61,014 nt of DNA, taken from Geosiphon pyriformis uo1. Its lineage: Eukaryota; Fungi; Glomeromycota. The position numbers and the translations under genes are program-made. The notes below the pieces were generated by a model, which was given only the letters and a program-made list of their open reading frames with translations, did not search any database and had not been told where the DNA came from. The stretch covers positions 4,396 to 65,409 of the forward strand of contig JAAOMT010000404.1 in NCBI GenBank assembly GCA_016748015.1, written 5' to 3'. This document shows positions 1 to 11,800 of the stretch, piece by piece; position 1 is the stretch's first letter; each line of letters opens with the position of its first letter.

Positions 1-316
1 TAAGTAGTAGTTGGATTATACTTATTAAAACTAAATAAAAAAAAATATATATAATTAATTGTAATAATTAGGTTATATAGTATGTTAAACTATATAATAA
101 TTAAAAATTTACTAAAATATTTAGTTAACTTATAGTTACAAAAATAATTTGTAGTTTAATAAAATATATTTTTAATTTACTAAAATATTAAAAAAAAACT
201 GGATTATAAAATAATGTTATAATAAGTTGCATAAAAAAAAGCTTTATTTTTTTGAAAAAATGTATTTTAATTAGAGATAATAATTAGTTATTACAATTTA
301 ATTTAATAATAACTAT

Positions 317-1085
317 TGTTACTTATAGAAAAAAAACAGATATAAGGAAATAGTAGACCAATAAACAAATAGTATATAACACGTGAGCACATTGCTTAGT
401 AATAAAAAGCAATGTTAGAAAACATGGCACATTGCTCAGCAATGTAAGCATTGCTTAAGAAATCATAGCACATTGCTCGAAAATGTAAGCAATCTCATAA
501 AACATCAATTATGTATATATAGTAATAGCATTAGAAGTAGAAAGGGCAGAATCCTAGAATTAAAAATCTTTTATTCACAAATATTAAATAAATAAATCAT
601 TCATCATTCAAATCTACTTTCCACTATTAACACTTTATGTTGATAGTAATTAATACTTAACCATACTAGAACAATGGCTCTTGATTATGGCTATTGATGG
701 GATACTAACTTGTAATTGCTTTTGTTTATTTTTTTTATTTTTTTTTATTTATTTTTTGTTATTTCTTTGGTTTTACTAAATTGATTAAGGATTAAACACT
801 AAGATATAGATGTCATAGAGACTGGTAAAAGACTTGTGAAACAAGGGTAGAACACTCATAGATTTAAGAATAGCTTACCAGGAGGATTATCGGCTACCAT
901 ACTGAGAAAGAAATTCGACAGAATTGCGATTCTGGAAGGCTACTGAAAACAAACTATTAAATCTCTGTCTATTATACAAAGAACTCCACAACCAAAACCT
1001 TCAGATATCAACACTTGAGTACCAACTAAGCACCAAGTTACAGATTTGTTATTTGACTTGAGACTCCAAATAATCATCTGTAATA
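317..1085 (+). repeat. 5' LTR of element A
   Basis: Starts TGTTAC, ends TGTAATA (mutated TGTAACA); direct repeat of 19367-20116. Confidence 0.93.
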
Positions 1086-1087
1086 TT

Positions 1088-1104
1088 TGGTGCTCTCTGT
1101 GAGG
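1088..1104 (+). promoter_or_regulatory. Primer-binding site (TGGTGCTCYCTGTGAGG), probably tRNA-Ile(UAU)
   Basis: TGG immediately after the LTR; resembles the complement of eukaryotic tRNA-Ile(UAU) 3' ends (...CCUCAC..GGAGCACCA). tRNA identity is inferred. Confidence 0.75.
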
Positions 1105-1145
1105 TATAATCCTACAGAGAACCAGCACCAACAAATAAATCAACA

Positions 1146-3500
1146 GTGGCAGAATCAGAAAGTATAGGAGCAAGCCATTTAGGATTCGCAAAATTCTTAT
1201 TTTAATACTACTGTCAACACTTGGGATTGAACCACAATCAGATATCAGTAGAATCAGTCTTCAATTTCTATGTCAACAAAAAAATTGCCTATTTGTTAAA
1301 AATACCAGTAAACACTAAATCAGCAAGAGAAACTTTTTACCACAAATTAATCCAAAACACCAGCTTACTAACAAATTATAATTTCACATCATTCATCATT
1401 GAAATTAATAAAGAAATTGAACATTACACACAACAAAGATACCCAATCACTTATGCCAGTAAAGGCAAAGGAAAATTACAAACACCAGCAGTAACACCCC
1501 AACAGATCCAACCACCCACTTGGAAGAAACACAGAATTGAATTACCAACAAATCTATCATACCACTATACATCTGGAAGTGCCATCAACATTACAGTAAC
1601 AGACGCATCCACATCACATGCGACATCAACCTTTAGATGATTCCTATTTCAGAGTAAACAAAGAAAAAAAGATTTTCTAGGACCATATGGCACATATTTC
1701 GAAGAATTTAAGTCACAATCTCCAATGCCATCAGGACTTTGATCTCCACTACTGCAACCAGATTTCGGAACTGTAAATCCCTAGAAAGTAATGGATTTGG
1801 AAGAAGAACAAGAAAAAGAGGAAGAAGAATCTGAAGATCAAGAATTTACTTACCAGAACCTGATCCCAGAAAACCCGAACATTGAAACCCTGAATTTTCA
1901 GACTTAGCAAAATCCAAATTTGGAAAATCCAGAAATTGAAACTCCAAATTTTCAAATGCAGCACAATCCGAACAATCGAAACCCCAACATTAATAATCAA
2001 CAACACTTACCTCCAGTAATCATGATCAATCCACTCTCAGCTCTACCAATTGACAAACAGCAACAACAGTTGCTTCAATTACCTCAACTACCACAGCAGC
2101 CACTTCCACAACCACAACAACAACTTCAACAACCACTACAACCCAACTTAAATCCAATGGCATATATATCAATAGCCAAACTCAAAAAATTCACTGGTGT
2201 AAAAGATGATGCCCAAGTATAGCTAAATGATGTGGAGAAAGCCATTGCAGCTAATAGATGGAATAACACCAGAGCCATGCAAGCTATCCCATATTTTCTC
2301 CAGAATACCACCAATTCATGGTACCAAAGCCTGGTCAACAAATCCCAAGATTTTAATGCATTTAAAATTAAGTTCTTAAGATATTTCAGTAACAACAACA
2401 GCATTAACAGACTAGCAAATACCTTTACTACCATCAAGCAAGGAAAAAATGAAGCAGTTACTTACTTAGGATGTTTCTATAGAAATCTGCACCAAATACA
2501 AGCCATTAATGCTAATTACTTCACAGTGGTTCAGATTCTAAATCAGTTCATTTACAGATTATGCAGTAGTATCCTGCAACATGTATGTCTAATGCATCCA
2601 GTTGACTTACAAGCAGCCATCACAAACGCCAGAGATTTTGAAGCCAATCACGTCCAAGCAGTAAATCTAGTGATGAACAGATCATTTGACTTGAATTCCA
2701 AATTGAAGCAATTCAGTAAATCAATAAATCAAAAATTAGAGGAATACTTAATTGACAATCGCACAATTTATCAACCTCCATAATGACGCAATAACTAAAG
2801 AAATGCTAATTGTTTTCAGAATCAGTTACACTCATCAACATCTTCCAATCAGCCATAATAGCAAGAGACATGTATCTGCCACTATTGTGGTAAACAAGAA
2901 CATTTAAGGATTGATTGTAGATTAAGGATAGATAACCAATGATCAAAAAATCAATATCAAAACTCTGATCGCTGGTTTCCAACTCCAAATTACCAATCCA
3001 ACCCAGCACCATATCAACCGACTTATCTGCCAATAATATGACAACCAATATATCAACCACCCATATATTAACCTCCAGTTTATCAACCACAACCACCAGT
3101 AAAATATCAACCACTGCAGCCACAAATAATTTATCAAACACCCACAGTTCAAACACTGCCATCAAACCCAGCTCAAATGACATTAGGAAATCCCAGATTA
3201 AGAGTCAGTCAAAACTGGAGATCAGCAATAGTTATCCATCAACTGATCCCAAGTTCCCCCCACTCATCAACAGGATCACGTTTTCGGAATTCCAGAACTG
3301 GGCACACACAAAACCAGAATTCCCAACACTACTTAAGTCTTCTGGTTATTCCAGAAAATGCAGTACCCAACAATCCAGAACACAACCAAAACAAATTACT
3401 TGCCAGTAATATACCGCCAGCTGCTAGTACTGAAGACAAATCACTAGCTGCCATATTCCCTTTTGATCTCAATGAAATTACACCTATTCCATTATTTAGT
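1146..3500 (+). pseudogene. gag: Gag of element A (retrotransposon gag domain and CCHC knuckle), multiple stops
   Basis: KFTG.KDDAQV..AIAANRW..AMQAIPYFL..WY; CHYCGKQEHLRIDC at ~2877-2918. Confidence 0.88.
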
Positions 3501-3529
3501 GGAGCCGTTCTGAACACCAAACCAATTAT

Positions 3530-3900
3530 GGCCATGTATACCGATGCTAAAGTCGATGGTCAACCTATTAAGCTGATACTTGATAGTGGGTCTGCAGGCA
3601 GCATAATTACATGACAACTCATGAACCAATTAGGTCACTGAGTTGATCACACTGCCAGCACCAGAATTATCACAGCTGATAGAACTATAAAAACTTCTAT
3701 CAGTGAGATAAATAACTTCCCATTTGAAGTCAATAACCTAATCATACCAATCAAAGTACTGGTTATGGAAGCTACTCAATACTAAGCTCTAGTTGGTAAT
3801 AACTGGCTGTCCAAAACAAACGCAACGCTTGACTGGACCACCCAAGAGTTGCAAATCAGCCAAAACGGCCAATACATGTGAGTACCAGCCACATGTGACT
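3530..3900 (+). pseudogene. Retropepsin-type aspartic protease of A
   Basis: LILDSGSAGSII motif and downstream ALVGNNWL. Confidence 0.88.
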
Positions 3901-4259
3901 ACTTTAAACCCATCAGCATGCCATTAGCCCTACTTATCGAATTGGAAGAAGAAAAAAAGAAACCTAACTGGGAAGCCTATCAAGTTTTCTGGGCCAACAA
4001 AGATGATCATAATGAATTACTACTAATACTATTCTGAAACAATAAAAGAAAAGAAAAACAAACAGAAGAACTTACCTGGAATCCGGATCAAGTCTGGGGA
4101 ACTGACAATGATCAAAATGAACTACCAACAACCTGGGAGTGGAAAGAAGATAACAACAAAAGAAAAGGGAAAGAGAATAAAGAAATTCCAACATCAACCA
4201 CTATTTACCATGCATATACTTACACACTATTACAACCAAATTATTATTGACCAAAGCTT

Positions 4260-4880
4260 ATATGCGTTGATTGCAGCAAGAAATTGTCTTTAATGGGCAC
4301 ATGCTATGACAATGATAAAGAATACCAGATGGCAACTAAGTTTTATTGCCACGCATGTCTCATTGAACATTTTGGAAGGCCAAAACAAGTAGAAAAATAA
4401 GATAATACACCATGTTTAACTTGTAGAAAAACTCTTTCAAACAAAAGAATGTGGAATGACATTCCTGGACATGGAAGAATGTGCAACAAGATGTGTCAGT
4501 ACATGATCCTAATCAACAACTGGGTATGCAAGGGAACATTAATTGACGATGCCTGGAAACAAGTGTTGTGATGATTGGAAGGATATCCTCATAATGAAAA
4601 TGAACTTTGGAGAATAGCAAGTAGGAAAACAGAAGGTGCAACAACCAGCGAACTACTGGAAATCAAAAACAACTCTCCATCTCTTCCTGAACCCAAATAT
4701 GTCCAAACTTTTGACATCTTTGGCAACATTGAGAACAATCCAGAAGAATTCCACAAACATTACCAGCAATTAGCACCTACCAGAGAAGAGCAGAAACAAT
4801 GCTTGGAAGAAATAAACACCTGATTATGTGATCACTGTTTGATTCTATGTGACTTCCAGTATTGTAATAAGTATGACCTC
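4260..4880 (+). pseudogene. Cys-rich (multi-CxxC) pol domain of A, unknown function
   Basis: CVDC, CHAC, CLTC, C..C, CDHC..C..YCNK; equivalent motifs in B and B'. Confidence 0.7.
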
Positions 4881-5129
4881 ATTTACAATCCATTACCACA
4901 CATGATCTACACAATTCCAAAAGAAAACAAACCAATGAGCAACTGTGCATCAGAATTGGAATCAACTTTTGATCCCAATTCAAACTCCAACAATAATGAT
5001 GATAAAAACAACAGTTCTAACTCTGCTCCAAATAGCAATGAAAATGATGACAATGCAAACTCTGATTCAAATCCCAAAACATTTATCACACTTTCTGACT
5101 TTTTCAAGGAACAGAAACTTAAATGGTTC

Positions 5130-5550
5130 AGTGATAATGGCAAAGGTATCATGTCAGAATATGCACATAATATTGATGCAGAGTTTGATTTGAGATATCC
5201 GAGGAAAGATCCCATCAAATTAGAACCACATTTGCACACTTGTATTGATCTAAAAATAGCACTGGAAATTCTAGAAACAACAATAGTTCAACTAACATCC
5301 AGGAGTAGTTTAGCGAAAAAAAAAATAAACATCAAAGGAGGAATAATTGATGCAAGATATGTAGAAAATATTATTGCTATGCTACAAAATAATTCAAAAA
5401 AAGCATATACTATAGATTCAAACAAAAAGATAGCACAGACAATATTCCTATCTCTGGTGAAAATAGCTTAATTAGTGTCAGTAAAAAACAGGAAAAAATT
5501 AGAGATAACAGCAAGAGGAATACAGGGATTCAGATCAATGGGTAGAATAA
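5130..5550 (+). pseudogene. dUTPase domain within pol of A
   Basis: DAEFDLRY, SRSSLA, GGIIDARY, KIAQ, RGIQGF.S: the five trimeric dUTPase motifs. Confidence 0.9.
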
Positions 5551-6009
5551 ATATACCAGTTAATATGGCAGAAGAAAAGGTTATTAACAATGGAGAAATT
5601 ATCTCAATCTGTTAAACAATTTCTATTCCATCATATGACTAGTATATGTTAGCCATAAAAAGAGAAGTAAAAAATCAAGCTTATTTGTTCAAAGCAGAAG
5701 CCATCATTTGTAAATCAAGAGAGATTGAACTCATGAATCTCTACATATCAGCCAAAAGCTCCAAAAATATCAAAATTTCCATCTACAACACAACCAGAAA
5801 TGTCATCGAAATACCAAAGGGAACTATCATTGGATATTTAACCACTAAAGTTGAGAATCAACTACCAAACCACATTTCAGACTTTCTACAGCTTTGCAGA
5901 TATGTAGATATTACATTACAGACTATATACGGACAAAGTGAATGTTATCTGCTCCAACCAGAACAATTGAAACAGATCAACATGGGAAATCTAGACCCAC
6001 TTTAACAAA

Positions 6010-7375
6010 TACAACTAAAGATGTTACTCAGCAATTTCAATGACATCTTTGCAAGCAAAAATGAATTTGGCCGCACCAATATCATCCAGCATCAGATCAA
6101 AACTGGAGATGCAATGCCAATTAAGCAAAGAGCATACAAAGTATCACCAGCTAGTCATAAGATCATTCGTCAAAAAATCAATTGAATGCTTAAAAATGGG
6201 CTAATTCAGCCATCAATAAGTCCATGGTCATTACCAGTGGTACTAATTTGGAAGAAGAATAGAAAAATCTGCTTTTGTGTAGATTACTGAAAATTGAATA
6301 GAATAATCAAAGAAGACAGCTACCCAACTCCAAAGATCCAAGAACTATTTGATATTTTTGGAGGAAATAAATGGTTCTCAACACTAGATTTAAATAGTGG
6401 TTACTGGCAAGTAGTCATGGACCCAGCCAACAAAAAAAAGATTGCATTCATGACAAGAGAAGAGAATTTTGAATTTGAAGTCATGCTATTTGGCTTGATA
6501 AATGCTCTAGTGATATTTCAACAACTCATGGAAATTGTCTATACTAGATTACTATGGAAATTAGTAGTTGTCTATTTAGATGACACAAATGTGTTTTCAA
6601 AAACATTTGATGATCATCTACATCACTTCCAGCAAGTATTTGAAAGACTCAAAAGAGCCAAATTGAAACTAAATACAACTAAGTGTTTCTTTGAAAAGAC
6701 AGAACTAAAATTCTTGGGACATATTGTGAGCAAAGATGGCATCAAAACAGATCCAAACAAAATTAAAGTTGTCAAAAACTTTCCAATACCAAACAATCTC
6801 ACAAAACTAAGAGCATTCTTGGGATTTGTTGGATACTACTGCCACTTTATCAAAGACTTTTCTAAAATAGCTCAACCACTACATCAGCTCCAAACAAAGA
6901 ACACCAAATATGAATGGACAGAAACATAGCAAGAAACTTTTGATACACTAAGGAGAAAGCTTATTTAAGCTCCAGTACTGATCTATCTGGATCATAAAAA
7001 GCCATTTATCATTACCACTGATGCATTAGGTCAAGCATTGGGAGCAGTACTATTACAAAAAAAACCAGATGGAAGAGAACATCCAGTAGCTTATGCCAGT
7101 AGAAGCTTAAGTCCAGCCAAAAAGAACTATAGAACACCAGCACTGGAATATTTAGCAATCTATTGGGCAGTCATGAAATGGAGAGAATACTTGAGCCAAA
7201 AGTTTGAAATATATATGAATCACAAGGGATTGACTTCAATTCAGAAACAAGAATTTGCAAACAATCACCATGCCAGATAGAAAATAGAACTTTCACCATT
7301 TAATTATACAGTACATTATAAAAAAGAAAAAGACAATGGAAATGCTGACAGATTGTCATGAATGAGACAAATCTA
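6010..7375 (+). pseudogene. pol: Reverse transcriptase and RNase H of A
   Basis: FSTLDLNSGYWQ, VYLDD (~6573), FLGHIVS, TDA..ALGAVL, VAYASRSL. Confidence 0.95.
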
Positions 7376-7411
7376 AAAACATTTCAAACCAAAAATATAA
7401 CAAAACATAAA

Positions 7412-7836
7412 TATGCAAAAATACCAACAACTTCAACATTATATAAATACCCAATCGTTTAAGAAGAAATTATCTCAAAAGAAACAAAACAACATAAAAC
7501 AACAATCAAAATATTTTATCAATTATTAAAATATACTTTACTAAAAGAACAGAAGAAATTTAGATCAACCAATTAGAGTAATCACAAAACCAAAGAAAGA
7601 GACAATATTATTCAACATGCACTCAGACCCAACAGCAGGACATTTTCATAAAAAAGCAACCATAGAAAGAACCAGAAAAAGATACTATTGGCCATCAATG
7701 TATCCAGACATCATCCAATATGTTCAAAATTGTGATGCTTGTCAGAGAAGAGAAAGAACAAAACCCAGTGAACCATTAAGACCAATCAAAGTGGGACAAC
7801 CATTCGATTGCATTGGAATTGACTTAGTCAGATCAT
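7412..7836 (+). pseudogene. Integrase N-terminus (HHCC) of A, interrupted by B
   Basis: MHSDPTAGHF...YYWP...CDACQRR; broken at 7836. Confidence 0.9.
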
Positions 7837-8474
7837 TGTTACCAGATAAAATTAGAGATATTATTTAGCATGAAATTATCTTTATAATTCCTATCATTAA
7901 TTAGCATATATTATCATTCAAATTATCACTTATTATATTAGCAAAATATCCGAAATTATCATTTAATTAATAACCCAATTTGCACATAACATAAATGTAA
8001 CCTAATTGCAATGATTAATTATGCAATATCTCGAACTATGTAACATTCAAAAAGTTCACCAAAATTTGTAGAAATTCGCTGAAATAATTGATAGTTCACT
8101 GAAATATCTAATAGTTCGCAGAAATAACTTGTAGTTCACCAAAATGTATCTTTAGTTCAATAAAATTGTAGAAAATAGCAGAGTTCAAGTTCAGAAAATA
8201 GTATTATGACAAGTTGTATAAAAGAAGAGCTTCTCTCTTCAAGAAAATGTATCTTACTTTAGATTTATTACTTAGAACTATTCCTATACACACAAAAAAA
8301 AATAAATATCAAATAATTTGAAAAACCAAATTCTTTAATTATTGCACTTAGAAAATTCCCAAAAACCCAACTAACGTTTTAAAATTGATTAGCTACCAAT
8401 TTCAGTAAACTGTTAGTAACTCCAGGCCTGAATAGAAAACGTTTCTCTTGACAGAATTCTATTTCTTTTACATT

Positions 8475-8506
<32 letters not shown>

Positions 8507-8819
8507 AATTATTAGGGTAGCCTACAGACGAGATTTCTGTAGAAGAGTTGACTTTCACAGCAAAGTAACTACACATTTTTAGTGAGCTTTCAGATGAGCA
8601 ATTTCTGAGAAAGAGTTAACATTTACTACAACATAACTACATGAAGCAACTGGCATGGAATTGGCCATTCCACTTATAAGCCCAGCAGTTCAAATTATAG
8701 GAGATAATTTGAAGATAAAATTCAGTTATCGGAGGTTCAAACACTTCCTATAGTCGTGAATTAACAGCATTACAACAAACATACAAGAGCTAAGAAGAGA
8801 CCAAAAACCTCTGGTAACA
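7837..8819 (+). repeat. 5' LTR of B
   Basis: TGTTACCAG...GGTAACA followed by TTTGGTGCTC PBS-like sequence; TATA-like GTATAAAAG at ~8216. Confidence 0.93.
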
Positions 8820-8821
8820 TT

Positions 8822-11800
8822 TGGTGCTCTCCCACAGAAATAACACAGCAACAACAAATTCAAAGTGGCAACCACACCAGACACAGCAACTTTAGACTAT
8901 TACCAGTCAATTTACACCCACTGCAAGCAAAGATTTAACATTCCAGACGGAATTGAAGTTGTCAAAAAATCAGTATACTAATACATTGAAAATTGCATCA
9001 ACAATTATCTTTTTGGAAACTACAACATTTCAGAAGTTAGAAGCAATCTCTACAATAATTTAGTGCATTATTCACAATTGAGAACAGAAAACCTGAACAG
9101 TAAAACCTTTGCTATCTACTTCCAAGAACTTAATATTAACATTATTGAGTATTGTGAAGAAAAATACCCAGTACAGTCTAAATACTCTTTTGACTTTAAA
9201 TCAGAAACAGAAACAAGCAACAAAGGCAAACAAAGATTGAAGCAATACTCAAGAACCATTCCAAACACTCCAACACTACAAAAAACAACTGCCAAACACT
9301 TACAAACACCTGAACAAGGAACCAGTTCAAAACTTCCACTTATTATTACACCTTTTTCAGCTTCATTTGCACAAGCACAAACACCTAATTCATCTTTGAA
9401 TTGATTTACAAGACCAGAAAATTTTACATCACTCAGAAGTCCTACCAGACAGCAAGAACTCCTTCAAACTAGTTCCAATCTCCTTGACTTTCTAGCTGAA
9501 AATTGAAGTGAACACTCTAAAATGGCAGCAAACGAAGAAAACGATACTGAAATATTTGAAAAAAATCAATAGACAGTAAAAACGAAGAAGATGAAATGAC
9601 AGCATACATTGCAAAAATCCCTGAATTTAATGGAAAAGACATTGAGACCAGTCCCCAAGAATGGCTTGACCAAGTTACTAAAGCTGAAGATGCAAATGGA
9701 TGGAATGCTGCCAGAATGTTAAAAACAATTTCCTACTTTTTTAAAAGAACAGCAGGCAAATGGTTTGAAAACTTGACCACTTCTTTTAATGACTGGACAG
9801 CTTTCAAAACTGCCTTCTTAGAACAATTCACCAATAACAACACCTCAATCACACTTTGAAATTGTTTTCGCAATATCAAACAAGAACTCTCTGAATCTGT
9901 TATAACTTATATTAGAAAATTCAACAAACTTCTTAGACAAATTCACCAACTTGAAACTAATAATTATTATTCTGATGCTCAAATCTTGGATCAATTTATT
10001 GCTGGTTTAAAGGATAAACTGATTAAAAAAGTTTGCCCACATGCCCCAGAAGATTTAAACTCTGTCATTCAGCATGCAAAGAGATATGAAATGGCCATGG
10101 AAGAAGCCAATCATATAAAACTTGTAAACTTAGCCATTGGAGAAACCAGCTTAGCAGCTGAGGAAAAAATTGACCAATTCACAAAGAAAGTCGAAAACTA
10201 TTTCACCAACCAATAACAACAGCAACCCCAAAAATATCAACCATCCCAAAGATGAAATCAAAACAATTTTGCATCATCTTCTAATAACCAGCCTCAGAAT
10301 TGCCATTATTGTAAAATTTCTGGCCACTGGAAAAGAGATTGCAGAAAGCTACAATGAGACCAACAAAATAGGAATAATCAATATTACTCTCCACTACAGC
10401 AATCTTATTATCAACCACCACCACCAGCTTACTATCCACCAAGACCCCAATACCAAAATAACTATTATCAGCCCACCCCACAGCCAATTCAACAGCAATA
10501 CCAACAACTATCCACACAATATTATCAAGTACCTGTTCGAAGATTGATTACACAGAATCAATTCACACCACAAAACCAATACCAAGTAAACAACAATAGA
10601 ATTAGTTTAAACAACCAATTGGTTCCCCGAAATTCCACTTAACCAAGACCCAACCACTATCACACTCAACCCAGTTATTTAACAATGCCAGAAGAACAGA
10701 ATTTTCACTATACTGTACTCTCAGAAGGTAGAGCTGCAGCACAACAACAAAATCTTTCTCATAACCACACCACTATTCCACCAGCTAGAATTGCTGAAAA
10801 CGCCAATCTCTCTGATATCTTTCCTTTTGAGTTCGAAGCCAATGAATTACCATTTCTACTCAGCAATACAGCCGCCAATAAACAAAAAGCAATCACTGTT
10901 ATGTACACCGAAGCAGAAGTCAAAGGAAAGGCAATTTACTTGATCCTAAACAGTGGATCCACCGGAAGTATCATCACCTACCAGTTGATACAACAGTTAA
11001 AAAGAAATATTGACTGACCAGCTCAGACAGTAATCATCACTGCCAATGGCATGAAAAAAACTCCAGTGAGAGAAATTGACAATTTTCCATTTACTCTTGA
11101 TGGAATCACTATTCTAGTCAAAGTTCTTATAATGAATGCTCCTCAGTATTAAGCTCTTGTTGGAAATGACTGGCTTTAAAAAGCCAATGTGAAATTAGAC
11201 TGGGAAACCCAAGAACTATAAATCTCTTACCAAGGACAACATGCCCAAGTACCTGCCACTTGTGGTACATTCAATAAATGCTCCGAAAAAGCCCTGGTTT
11301 TTGAATTCAAGCCAGAAGAAGAAAAACCAATAATCAAAACATTCATGGCTCTTGAGTCAATGTCCAATTGGGCCGATGAAACTGAACAAGAACATTTTAC
11401 CCCACACTCTGAACCCGAAACCCCTGGATAGAATATCCCTTACTTAAAGACTAAGTGAAAGAAACAATGCCCCTATATTCCCCTTAAATGTAAAGACTGC
11501 CACAAGAAACTATCGTCAATGGGAGCTTGTATTTCACCTGAAAAAGAATATAAAAGTCATACCTGCTACTATTGCAAGGCCTGCCATTGAGAATGATGGG
11601 GCCACTTGATTAAAAGAAGCGGAAAATGGGATGGAACACCCTGTCTTACTTGTGGAAAGCAGCTTCCTGATGAATGTAACTGGATTGATGTTGCATTTAG
11701 AGGAGGAGTCTGCGATCAAACTTGTTAATATGCTCTTTCTATTGTGGAAAAAGTAAAACGTGGAACATCTTTCAATGCTGCATACAACAGCGTCCTTAGC

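Noticed and set aside
2806-3409. Antisense and alternative-frame ORFs over gag/pol (also 4907-5239, 10281-10517, 42064-42530, 53539-54037)
   Set aside because: Shadows of low-complexity Q/P/N-rich sense codons; their recurrence reflects the duplication, not selection.
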